NCBI GenBank assembly: GCA_963748015.1
Contig: CAVVHE010000004.1
Location: 320,001-384,000, forward strand
Reading direction: 5' to 3'
DNA length: 64,000 nt
From: Terriglobia bacterium
GTDB taxonomy: Bacteria; Acidobacteriota; Polarisedimenticolia; Polarisedimenticolales; JAIQFR01
Under the pieces are notes generated by a model. That model searched no databases and was not told where the DNA came from. It was given only the letters and a program-made list of their open reading frames with translations. The translations under genes and the position numbers were made by a program. Below are positions 56,102 to 64,000 of this stretch, one piece after another. Within the stretch, counting starts at the first letter, position 1. The number at the start of each line of letters is the position of its first letter.

Positions 56102-57541
56102 TTAGGCTCCGGCCGGAGCTCCTTTCGCCGCCTCGAGGCCGGCGTCGATGGCTTTCTTGTTGAGCTCGATGAGCTGCACGTGGCCTTTCACCGCCGCCGG
56201 CAGCGCGGCAACGACGGCTTCCTTCGAGATCCGCATGTCGTGGGCCAGCATGGCGCCGAGCATGACCATGTTGGCGACCTTGGGGTTGCCGAGCCGGTCC
56301 GCGATCTCGTTGCAGGGCACCGCCACGGCGCGGACGTCCGTCCGCTTCGGCCCTTCGTGGATCAGCGACGAGTTGTAGAAGATCGTGCCGCCCGGCTCGA
56401 CGTCCTTTTCGAACCGCTCGAGGCTGGGGCCGTTCATCGCGACGAGCACGGTGGGGTGCTGGATCAGCGGCGATCCGATCTCTTGGTCGGAGACGGTGAC
56501 GTTGGTGTACGCCGTCCCGCCGCGCATCTCGGGACCGTAGGACGGCATCCACGACACCTTCCGTCCCGCGAGCATGCCGGCCTGCGCGACCACGACTCCC
56601 ATGAGCAGCACGCCCTGGCCGCCGAAGCCGGAGATCTTGAAGCGATGCTCCTCGATCGCCCGTCCGGTATCGGGGAGCAAGAGGTTCCCGCCTGCTTCCG
56701 CGATGTCCAGGACCTGGGGGATCTTCTCGAGCGGCGTCGCCGCGCGGGTGCGCGGGTGGCCGAGATCGTGCTCGTGCCCGTCGCGGTAGACGCCGAGCGG
56801 GAAGACCTTCGTCATGGCCGAGAGCGTCCAGGCCGCCGCGTCCACCGGTTGCATCTTCCAGCCGGTGGGGCAGGGGGCCAGGATCTCGACGAGCGAGAAC
56901 CCCTTGTTCTGGATCTGGTACTCGATCGCCTTGCGGATCGCTTTCCGCGCCTTGACGTTGTTCTTGTTGTCGCCCACCGCGACCCGCTCGAGGTAGTACG
57001 GCGCGGTCAGGCCGTTCAGCAGCTCGCAAACCTTGATCGGGAACCCCTCGTTCTGGGCGTGGCGCCCCCGGGGGCTCGTCGTGGTCCGCATGTCCACGAG
57101 GGTCGTCGGCGCCATCTGGCCGCCGGTCATCCCGTAGATGGCGTTGTTGACGAAGAAGATGGTGATGTTCTCGCCGCGGTTCGCGGCCTGCATGATCTCG
57201 TTCCCGCCGATCGCGGCCAGGTCGCCGTCGCCCTGGTAGCCGATCACGATCGCCTCGGGGTTGGCGCGCTTGACCCCCGTGGCCGCGGCGGGGCAGCGCC
57301 CGTGGGGCACCTGGATGTTCCCGACGTCGAAGTAGTAGTAGGCGAATACGGAGCACCCGACGGGGTTCACGAGGACCGTCCGGTCCTTCACGCCGAAATC
57401 GTGCAGCGCCTCGGCGATGTACTTGTGGACGTGCCCGTGGCCGCAGCCGGGACAGTAGTGCGTCGAGCCCTTGTCCCCGTCCTTCCGGTCGAAGGTCTCG
57501 TAAAAGGTATCGGGGCAGCTATAGGCCGGCGTGATAGACAT
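56102..57541 (-). CDS. 2-oxoacid:ferredoxin oxidoreductase, fused beta (TPP) and gamma subunits
   Basis: [25 protein letters not shown], then GFGGQGVL and [10 protein letters not shown]. Confidence 0.92.
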   Translation of the reverse strand: MSITPAYSCPDTFYETFDRKDGDKGSTHYCPGCGHGHVHKYIAEALHDFGVKDRTVLVNPVGCSVFAYYYFDVGNIQVPHGRCPAAATGVKRANPEAIVIGYQGDGDLAAIGGNEIMQAANRGENITIFFVNNAIYGMTGGQMAPTTLVDMRTTTSPRGRHAQNEGFPIKVCELLNGLTAPYYLERVAVGDNKNNVKARKAIRKAIEYQIQNKGFSLVEILAPCPTGWKMQPVDAAAWTLSAMTKVFPLGVYRDGHEHDLGHPRTRAATPLEKIPQVLDIAEAGGNLLLPDTGRAIEEHRFKISGFGGQGVLLMGVVVAQAGMLAGRKVSWMPSYGPEMRGGTAYTNVTVSDQEIGSPLIQHPTVLVAMNGPSLERFEKDVEPGGTIFYNSSLIHEGPKRTDVRAVAVPCNEIADRLGNPKVANMVMLGAMLAHDMRISKEAVVAALPAAVKGHVQLIELNKKAIDAGLEAAKGAPAGA

Positions 57542-58592
57542 GGTCTTCCTCCCGGGTGCCCTCTAGGACCTCGAGGATCTCGGTGGGCGTGGGGACCATT
57601 CCCCCCTGCCGTCCGTAGAAGCCCACGGGACGGCGCTCGCGGACGGCGAGGCGGACGTCGAGCACCATCTGGCCGTCCGAGAGCTCGACGACGAGGAACC
57701 GGCTCACCGTCTCCGCCGCCTCGTTGAACGCCTTGGTGGGGAAGGGGAAAAGCGTCACGGGGCGGATGAGTCCCGCCTTGATCCCCTCCTTGCGCGCGAG
57801 GTCCACGGTCGTGCGGAGCACGCGCCCGACGATTCCGTACCCGACGAGCGCCACCTCGGCGTCTTCCATCCGGTACGAGCGCCACTCCTGGAGCTCCGCC
57901 ACCATCGTCGCGTACTTCGCCATCAGCTTGCGGTTGTGCGCCTCGAGGGCCTCGTGGGAGAGAACGATCGAGGAGATCAGGTTCTTCCGGGTTTCGGCGT
58001 CTCCCCGCGTGGCCCAGTCGTGACGGGGCGGGGGAGTCGCGCGGCTCGGGAAGTTCACCGGCTCCATCATCTGTCCCGTGAATCCGTCGGTGAGGATGAT
58101 CGCGGGGTTCCGGAAGCGGTCGGCGGCGTCGAACGCCTTGATCGTGAAGTCGCACATCTCCTGGGCGAACGCCGGGGCATAGACGATGTTGTGGTAGTTC
58201 CCGTGGCCGCCGCCCTTGACCATCTGGTTGTAGTCGCTCTGCTCCGGCCCGATGTTCCCGAGGCCGGGGCCGCCCCGCATGATGTCCGCCACGACGCACG
58301 GCAGCTCGGCGCCGGCGAGGTAGGAGAGCCCTTCCTGCATCAGCGAGAGGCCGGGCCCGGAGGAGCCGGTCATGCTCCGCTCGCCCGCCGCCGCCGCGCC
58401 GTAGACCATGTTGATCGAGGCGGTCTCGGACTCGGCCTGCACGAACGTCCCGCCCGCGGGGGGGAAGTACCTCGCGGCCGCCTCGGCGATCTCGCTGGCC
58501 GGCGTGATCGGGTAGCCGTAGTACGAGCGGCAGCCCGCGAGGATGGCTCCCTTGACGATCGCTTCGTTTCCCTTGATGAGCTGGTAACCCAT
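57519..58592 (-). CDS. vorB: 2-oxoacid:ferredoxin oxidoreductase alpha subunit (VorB-like)
   Basis: [45 protein letters not shown]. Confidence 0.88.
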   Translation of the reverse strand: MGYQLIKGNEAIVKGAILAGCRSYYGYPITPASEIAEAAARYFPPAGGTFVQAESETASINMVYGAAAAGERSMTGSSGPGLSLMQEGLSYLAGAELPCVVADIMRGGPGLGNIGPEQSDYNQMVKGGGHGNYHNIVYAPAFAQEMCDFTIKAFDAADRFRNPAIILTDGFTGQMMEPVNFPSRATPPPRHDWATRGDAETRKNLISSIVLSHEALEAHNRKLMAKYATMVAELQEWRSYRMEDAEVALVGYGIVGRVLRTTVDLARKEGIKAGLIRPVTLFPFPTKAFNEAAETVSRFLVVELSDGQMVLDVRLAVRERRPVGFYGRQGGMVPTPTEILEVLEGTREEDHVYHAGL

Positions 58593-58614
58593 GGGGCTCC
58601 CCCGGACGGTGGCG

Positions 58615-58851
58615 TCAGGCCACCTCCTCCACGACGTGGAACACGCTGATCGCCGCCGGCTCCGGGCACGCGTAGTAGCAGACGCCGCACCCCGTGCAGC
58701 CGGTTCCCTCGAGGAATTCGGCCGGGTGGTAGCCCAGCCGGTTGAGCGACTCGCCGAGACGCAGCGACTTGGTCGGGCAGGCGGCAATGCACAGGCTGCA
58801 ACCCTTGCACTTGTTCGCCTCGACCACCACGGTCCCCATTCGCTTGGCCAT
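58615..58851 (-). CDS. 2x[4Fe-4S] ferredoxin (delta subunit)
   Basis: [12 protein letters not shown] and [14 protein letters not shown]. Confidence 0.92.
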   Translation of the reverse strand: MAKRMGTVVVEANKCKGCSLCIAACPTKSLRLGESLNRLGYHPAEFLEGTGCTGCGVCYYACPEPAAISVFHVVEEVA

Positions 58852-58933
58852 GGAATCTCCCCTCTCTCGCGATTCGCACGCAGCCCACGGCCGCACCCGT
58901 TCGCCGGGCCCGGCCACCCCGGGGCATTCTAGT

Positions 58934-58948
58934 GCATCGGACGTGCCA
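58934..58948 (-). promoter_or_regulatory. Sigma54 -24/-12 promoter of the oxidoreductase operon
   Basis: Minus strand TGGCACGTCCGATGC(A), near-consensus, about 80 nt upstream of the ferredoxin ATG. Confidence 0.7.
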
Positions 58949-59230
58949 CCGGACCGCGCGCCGGCGGCGCCGCTTCTCCTCGGTATCCTGGACCTTTCGT
59001 CGGGCCGCGCGCGCCGATGCGCACAGGCGGCCGCGGAGCATCGCGCATCTCGTCGTGGGATGCGCCATAGTACCCACTCCCCCCGCCGCGTGTCCAGGGT
59101 ATTTCGCGCGATCGGCGAGCCGCAATGTCCCGAATTCGAATGCGGCCTCCCGGCGGGGGGTACTAGAATCGGGCCGAGCTCACGGAGGCCGACCTTGGCG
59201 ATCTTCGCATCCCGGCGCCGCCGCCGGTTC

Positions 59231-59614
59231 ATGGACCCGCCGCGCTTCGAAGCGGACGACGCGGCGACGACCGTGATCGCCGCGGGCGCCCGCTTCGAGG
59301 GGAGCGTGCGGTCGGGCGGGGGAGCCGTGATCTCGGGCCGGATCGAGGGAGACCTCGCGGCGGAGGGGGCCGTGCTCCTCGAGGCCACGGGGTCGATCGG
59401 CGGAAGCGTGACCGCGGCCGCGGCGAAGATCGAGGGGGCGATCGAGGGATCGCTCGAGGTCACAGGGCGCGCCGAGGTGGATTCGGGCGGCCGGGTGGCC
59501 GGGCCCGTTCGCGCGGCAAGGGTGGACGTCGCCGCCGGCGCGCTCCTCGACGGTCCCGTCGAGGCGCAAGACGGCCCGCACCGCTTCGTCGAGCGCCGGG
59601 GGAAGCGGCGCTGA
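59231..59614 (+). CDS. Bactofilin (polymer-forming cytoskeletal protein)
   Basis: [13 protein letters not shown]...ISGRIEGDL...IEGAIEGSL...GRVAGPV...GALLDG beta-helix repeats. Confidence 0.85.
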   Translation: MDPPRFEADDAATTVIAAGARFEGSVRSGGGAVISGRIEGDLAAEGAVLLEATGSIGGSVTAAAAKIEGAIEGSLEVTGRAEVDSGGRVAGPVRAARVDVAAGALLDGPVEAQDGPHRFVERRGKRR

Positions 59615-59630
59615 CGGCCGCGGCGCCGGG

Positions 59631-61238
59631 TCAGGACTCCGGACGCTCGAACGGATCGGGCGGGGGCGCGTCCTTGATCGCGGGGTCGAGGCGGATGGGG
59701 CCGGGGTGCTCCGCGAGCAGGCGGGCGAGGCGCGCGACGAGGCGCGACGACGCCGCCACGCGCCGCACGTCGATCTTGTCCGCGGTGTCCCCCGGCGCGT
59801 GGTACTCGGCGATGTACCCCGCGAACGGGTAGACGATCGGTATCCCCGCCTCGAAGAACGTGTAGTGGTCGCTCACCGGCTGGAGGCGGAGCGCGGGGTA
59901 GTAGCGCAGGTCGAGACCGAGCCCGTCGCTGGCGGCCGCGGCGAGTTCGCGAAGCACCGGCGCGGCGGCGCTGTAGATGATCTGGATCGCCGCGGCGTAG
60001 TCCTTGCGATCCAGGTTGGCACGGCCGAAGACGTCGAGATTGACGACCGCCCGGATCCGCTCCTTGGGGACGGGCGGCCGGCGCAGGAACGCGGTGGACC
60101 CGAGCCGCCCCTCCTCCTCGCCGGTCCACGACGCGATCACGATCTCCGCCGGGCCCTTGGGAGGCGACGCCTTGAGCGCCGCGGCCGCCGCTAGAAGGCC
60201 GGCCACTCCCGATGCGTTGTCGTCGGCGCCCGGGTGGAGCGTCCCGCCGGGGGACCCGAGGTGGTCCCAGTGCGCGCCCAGGATGACCGCGTCCCCCTCG
60301 AGCCCTTTTCCCGCACCGAGACGCGCGACGACGTTCCGGATCTCGAACGTCCGCCGATCGCGATAGCGGAGTAGCAGCGAGGTCTTCCGGTCGCCGAGGA
60401 GCCGCGAGGCCTTGCGCCCCGCCTCGAGCTCCGCCGATGCGGCGCCGACGTCGAGGCCCGTGCCGTCGAGGACCGCCAGGGCGCCGGCGGGATCGAGGTA
60501 CGCGACGGGAAGGGGTGCCGGGGCTCCGTCGAGCCCGACCCAGGGTCGCGCGAGGTCGTCCTTGCGGCCGGCGACGAGGTCCGCCGCCGTGCGCGCGCGT
60601 CCCGCGGGGTTCGGCACCAGGAGGAGCGCGGCCGCTCCGAGCGACTGCGCGAGGCGGGCCTTCGCCGCGGCGAGCAGGTGACGCGTGGGCCGCGTTCCGT
60701 TCCACTTCGACGCGGGATCGGACTCGCCGGGCTCTCCCGACAGCACCACGACGATCCGGCCCTTGACGTCGAGACCTTCGTAGTCGTCGTGACCGTACTC
60801 CGGCGCGCGGATCCCGAACCCCGCGAACGCCAGCGGGCCCGACACGGTCACCGACTCGGCCCGGTCGGGCACCACGACGAGCTTCCCCGAGGCGCCGTCG
60901 AGCCGCGCCTCCGCCCCGGAGCCGCCCGAGGCCGCGAGGCTCGAGGCGGCGGGATCGTAGTAGGCCTCGACGGCGAGGACCGCCTGGAACCAGGAGCGCC
61001 CGACCGGCGTCTCGTCGCCCGCGGGAATCCAGCCGATCGCCTCGAGCCTGTGCGCCACGAACGCCGACGCGACCGCCCCGCCGCGCTCGGCTGCGTGACG
61101 TCCCTCGAGCTCGGGTGAGGCGAGGAAGCGAATCGTCGCCGCGATGTCCTCCTCCCGCACCGCCTCGTCTCCGGGCACCCCCCACGCGAGCTGGGCGAGG
61201 ACCGCCGCGGTGATCGCCGCTACGATGGCTCTTTTCAT
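59631..61238 (-). CDS. M28 aminopeptidase with PA domain, secreted
   Basis: [55 protein letters not shown]. Confidence 0.9.
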   Translation of the reverse strand: MKRAIVAAITAAVLAQLAWGVPGDEAVREEDIAATIRFLASPELEGRHAAERGGAVASAFVAHRLEAIGWIPAGDETPVGRSWFQAVLAVEAYYDPAASSLAASGGSGAEARLDGASGKLVVVPDRAESVTVSGPLAFAGFGIRAPEYGHDDYEGLDVKGRIVVVLSGEPGESDPASKWNGTRPTRHLLAAAKARLAQSLGAAALLLVPNPAGRARTAADLVAGRKDDLARPWVGLDGAPAPLPVAYLDPAGALAVLDGTGLDVGAASAELEAGRKASRLLGDRKTSLLLRYRDRRTFEIRNVVARLGAGKGLEGDAVILGAHWDHLGSPGGTLHPGADDNASGVAGLLAAAAALKASPPKGPAEIVIASWTGEEEGRLGSTAFLRRPPVPKERIRAVVNLDVFGRANLDRKDYAAAIQIIYSAAAPVLRELAAAASDGLGLDLRYYPALRLQPVSDHYTFFEAGIPIVYPFAGYIAEYHAPGDTADKIDVRRVAASSRLVARLARLLAEHPGPIRLDPAIKDAPPPDPFERPES

Positions 61239-61327
61239 CCTGGCCTCCCGCATTCCGGCGCGGCCCGCCGCACCGGCCGCCGGCAGGTGTAGCATAACCG
61301 CTCGTTCGCACTTCGAGGGGGTGCACG

Positions 61328-63982
61328 ATGGCTCGCGCCGGAGACGTGAGGGTGATCGAGCGACCGAAAGGCCGCCGGGCGGGAATCGTCCGCCGGCTCG
61401 CCGTGGCGTCGGCGATGGCGCTCGCCGCGCTGCCGGCCGTGGCGGCGTACCACGAGGAGATCCTGGCGAACGGGCTTCGGGTGGTGCTGATCGAGAACCG
61501 GGCGAACCCGATGGTGTGCTCGTCCGCGATCGTGGGCGCCGGCGTCGTGGACGAGCCGGACGGAATGAACGGCGCCTCGCACTTCCTCGAGCACCTGCTC
61601 TTCAACGGGACCGCGACCAGGAGCCAGCGCGAGCTGTACGACGAGGTCGACCGCTACGGCGCCTACAACAACGCGACGACGCGCGAGGATCACACCCTCT
61701 TCACCCTTCTCATCCAGAAGGAGTTCGCGGCGCGCGGCCTCGACATCCAGGCGGACATGCTCTTCCGGTCCACGCTCCCGCCCGACAAGTTCGAGAAGGA
61801 GAAGGGGATCGTTCTGGAAGAGCTGGCGAAGGACCGCAACGATCCGGCCTACGTGTCGGGCGAGGCGTTCCGGGCGTTCGCGTACGCCGGCACGCCGCTG
61901 TCCCGCCCCGTGCTCGGAAGCGAGGCCTCGATCAAGGGAATGAGCCGGGACCGCGTGCTCGCCTACTACAAGGCGCGGTACGTGCCGGGGAACATGACGC
62001 TCGTGGTGATGGGGGACTTCGAGATCCCCGCGATGATGGAGCAGGTGAAGAAGACCTTCGGGGCCGCGCCGAAGGCGAAGCTCCCGCCCTCCCCGAAGGC
62101 GGCCTGGCCCTCGCCCCCGCCGCGGAACCTCGCGCTCGAGCCGCTGGAGGCCGGCCGCTCGTACCTCCACGCCGCGATTCCGCTCCCGCTCGAGCCGTAC
62201 GATCCGACGATGGGCGCGGTCGAGCTGCTCCTCGCCGCGCTCTCGGGCGGGACGGACTCGCCCCTCTCGCGCGCGCTCACCTCGGGCGCCGACCCCCTCG
62301 TCCAGTCGTTCACCCTCTCCGCGAGTCCCCGGGCCCGGGGATGGTCCTCGATCGAGTTCGACGCGGTGTTGCCCAAGGGCGGAGACGCGAAGCCGGTCCT
62401 GGAGGCGCTCGCCACCGGCCTGCTCACGCTGGCGCCGGGGCGCCCGGCGTGGGAACGGATACCGCAGGCTCGCACCGCGAGCCGCTCCGACGAAGCGCTC
62501 ACGGCGGACAACATCCAGTACTACGCGATGACGCGCTCGGCCTACGTCCCCGGGTCGCCCAAGGACGATCTCGCCCGCCGGCTCGGAATCTTGCCCTCGC
62601 CCGTGGAGCCGGTCGCCGAGGCCGCGGCGATGATCCGCTCGGCGGTCCCGTCGCTCCGCGCCCTCGCGTCGGGGCCGGGCCTCGCGGAGCAGGTGTCGTC
62701 GTGGTCCGCGCCGGCGCCCCCGCCTGCCGCGGCGGCGGGACGCGCCGAGGTCTCGGAGACGCTGCCGTCGGGACTGCGAACCTGGGTCGAGAGAAACGGC
62801 GACTCGAGCGTCTTCGCGGTGCACCTCGCCTTCGCGCCGCGCTCGGCTTCGGAGCCGGCGGGCAAGGAGGGGATCGCGGACTTCCTCCACCGGATGCTCC
62901 TGCGAGGCACGATGGTCCGCGACGCGGCGGGGCTTTCGGCGGCCCTCGACGCGCTGGGTGCGAGGATCAAGCTCGCGGACGATCCCGCGATTCCCTACGA
63001 CGACTACTACACGACCCCCGAGTTCTCGTTCATCCGGCTCGAGGCTCCCGGCGAGCGGTGGCGCGACGCGGTCGCGCTCCTCGCCGAGATCGCGCGGTAC
63101 CCGAGGCTCGCCGCCGACGACGTCGAGGCGGTCCGGAAGCAAATGCTCGATCTGCAGAAGCGGCAGGCCGAGTCCACCCGGGCGGTCGCGCTCGATCTCG
63201 CGGCCAGGACCTTGGCGCCGGACCACCCGCTGTCGAAGCCCGTCCTGGGGACGCCGGCCTCGATCGCCGCCGTGACCGCCGACGACCTTCGGTCGTTCCA
63301 CCGGGATTACGTCTCGGGCGGCCGCATGATCCTGACGGCGGTCGGACCGGCCGACCCGGGCGAGGTCGTCGCAGCGATCCGCGGGGCGTTTTCCGACCTC
63401 GGCGCGGGGCCGGAGCCGCCGCGGGTCCCGCCGCCGCCGGTGACGCCTCCCGGACTTTCGAAGGAGGCGTCCGTCGGGAAGGGCATGGCGCAGATCGTCC
63501 TGACCCGGCTGTTCGACGCCGACCCCTCCGAGGACGCGGCGCTCGCGGTGGCCGGCGCCATGCTCTCGGACCGGCTGTCGTTCCGGCTCCGGGAGGAAAA
63601 GGGGCTCGCTTACTCGATGTCCGCGTCCGTCGGCCCCTTTGCCGGCAGGACACGGCTCGAGGTCTCCATGAGCACGCGGCAGGCGAACGTGGAGGAGGCC
63701 CTCGAGGGGCTCCGCGAGGGGATCGAGGAATTCGCGGCCGCGGCCCCCGATCCCGCGAAGACCGAGCGTGCCGCCAACGCGATCCGGGGCCGCCTCCTGA
63801 TGCGGCGGATGACCCGCGTCAACCAGGCCTATTTCGTCGGACTCGACCTGATCGCGGGCAAGGCGCCGGGGTCGGGGAAGCAGCGCCTCGAGTTGTTCCG
63901 GGCGGTCCGCCCGGAGGACGTCGCGCGCGTCGCGGCGAAGTACCTCCACGTCGGGGCCTGCGCCACGCTCGTCGTCCGATAG
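61328..63982 (+). CDS. M16 (pitrilysin-family) zinc protease
   Basis: HFLEH inverzincin motif, [14 protein letters not shown]; the second half has degenerate FLHRMLLRG and [10 protein letters not shown]. Confidence 0.9.
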   Translation: MARAGDVRVIERPKGRRAGIVRRLAVASAMALAALPAVAAYHEEILANGLRVVLIENRANPMVCSSAIVGAGVVDEPDGMNGASHFLEHLLFNGTATRSQRELYDEVDRYGAYNNATTREDHTLFTLLIQKEFAARGLDIQADMLFRSTLPPDKFEKEKGIVLEELAKDRNDPAYVSGEAFRAFAYAGTPLSRPVLGSEASIKGMSRDRVLAYYKARYVPGNMTLVVMGDFEIPAMMEQVKKTFGAAPKAKLPPSPKAAWPSPPPRNLALEPLEAGRSYLHAAIPLPLEPYDPTMGAVELLLAALSGGTDSPLSRALTSGADPLVQSFTLSASPRARGWSSIEFDAVLPKGGDAKPVLEALATGLLTLAPGRPAWERIPQARTASRSDEALTADNIQYYAMTRSAYVPGSPKDDLARRLGILPSPVEPVAEAAAMIRSAVPSLRALASGPGLAEQVSSWSAPAPPPAAAAGRAEVSETLPSGLRTWVERNGDSSVFAVHLAFAPRSASEPAGKEGIADFLHRMLLRGTMVRDAAGLSAALDALGARIKLADDPAIPYDDYYTTPEFSFIRLEAPGERWRDAVALLAEIARYPRLAADDVEAVRKQMLDLQKRQAESTRAVALDLAARTLAPDHPLSKPVLGTPASIAAVTADDLRSFHRDYVSGGRMILTAVGPADPGEVVAAIRGAFSDLGAGPEPPRVPPPPVTPPGLSKEASVGKGMAQIVLTRLFDADPSEDAALAVAGAMLSDRLSFRLREEKGLAYSMSASVGPFAGRTRLEVSMSTRQANVEEALEGLREGIEEFAAAAPDPAKTERAANAIRGRLLMRRMTRVNQAYFVGLDLIAGKAPGSGKQRLELFRAVRPEDVARVAAKYLHVGACATLVVR

Positions 63983-64000
63983 GGGAGCGCCGCCGGGTGG

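Overview
Very GC-rich bacterial chromosomal window. The gene styles (tricorn proteases, kinase-TPR, TonB with GGV repeats, a secreted protein ending in a Cys-Pro C-terminal domain) suggest Acidobacteriota, but this is an inference. The window is dense in peptide and amino-acid catabolism genes: S9A, two tricorn S41, a membrane-anchored S41, M20D, M28 and M16 peptidases, three APC permeases, a VOR-type 2-oxoacid:ferredoxin oxidoreductase, asnA and a GS-family gene. It also holds iron storage genes, a MenA-like prenyltransferase, a membrane PPase, a TPR-TonB-ExbB-ExbD-ExbD operon, a twice-frameshifted kup and tRNA-Thr(CGT). The most notable features are five. (1) A sigma54 module at 19.0-24.5 kb: a sensor-less enhancer-binding protein followed, in frame just past its TGA, by a second variant HTH, plus two inverted paralogous secreted-protein genes that each keep a -24/-12 promoter and a tandem GAAC-N4-GTTC palindrome. 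(2) A translationally coupled 13-heme cytochrome c plus beta-barrel pair, a candidate porin-cytochrome conduit. (3) A small protein with a DP-type tail convergent with a membrane kinase-TPR receptor whose catalytic loop is atypical. (4) A Cys-rich repeat protein with a candidate C-terminal sorting domain. (5) A pair of hairpin elements sharing an inverted 32-nt core. No CRISPR array, integrase, transposase or rRNA was seen.
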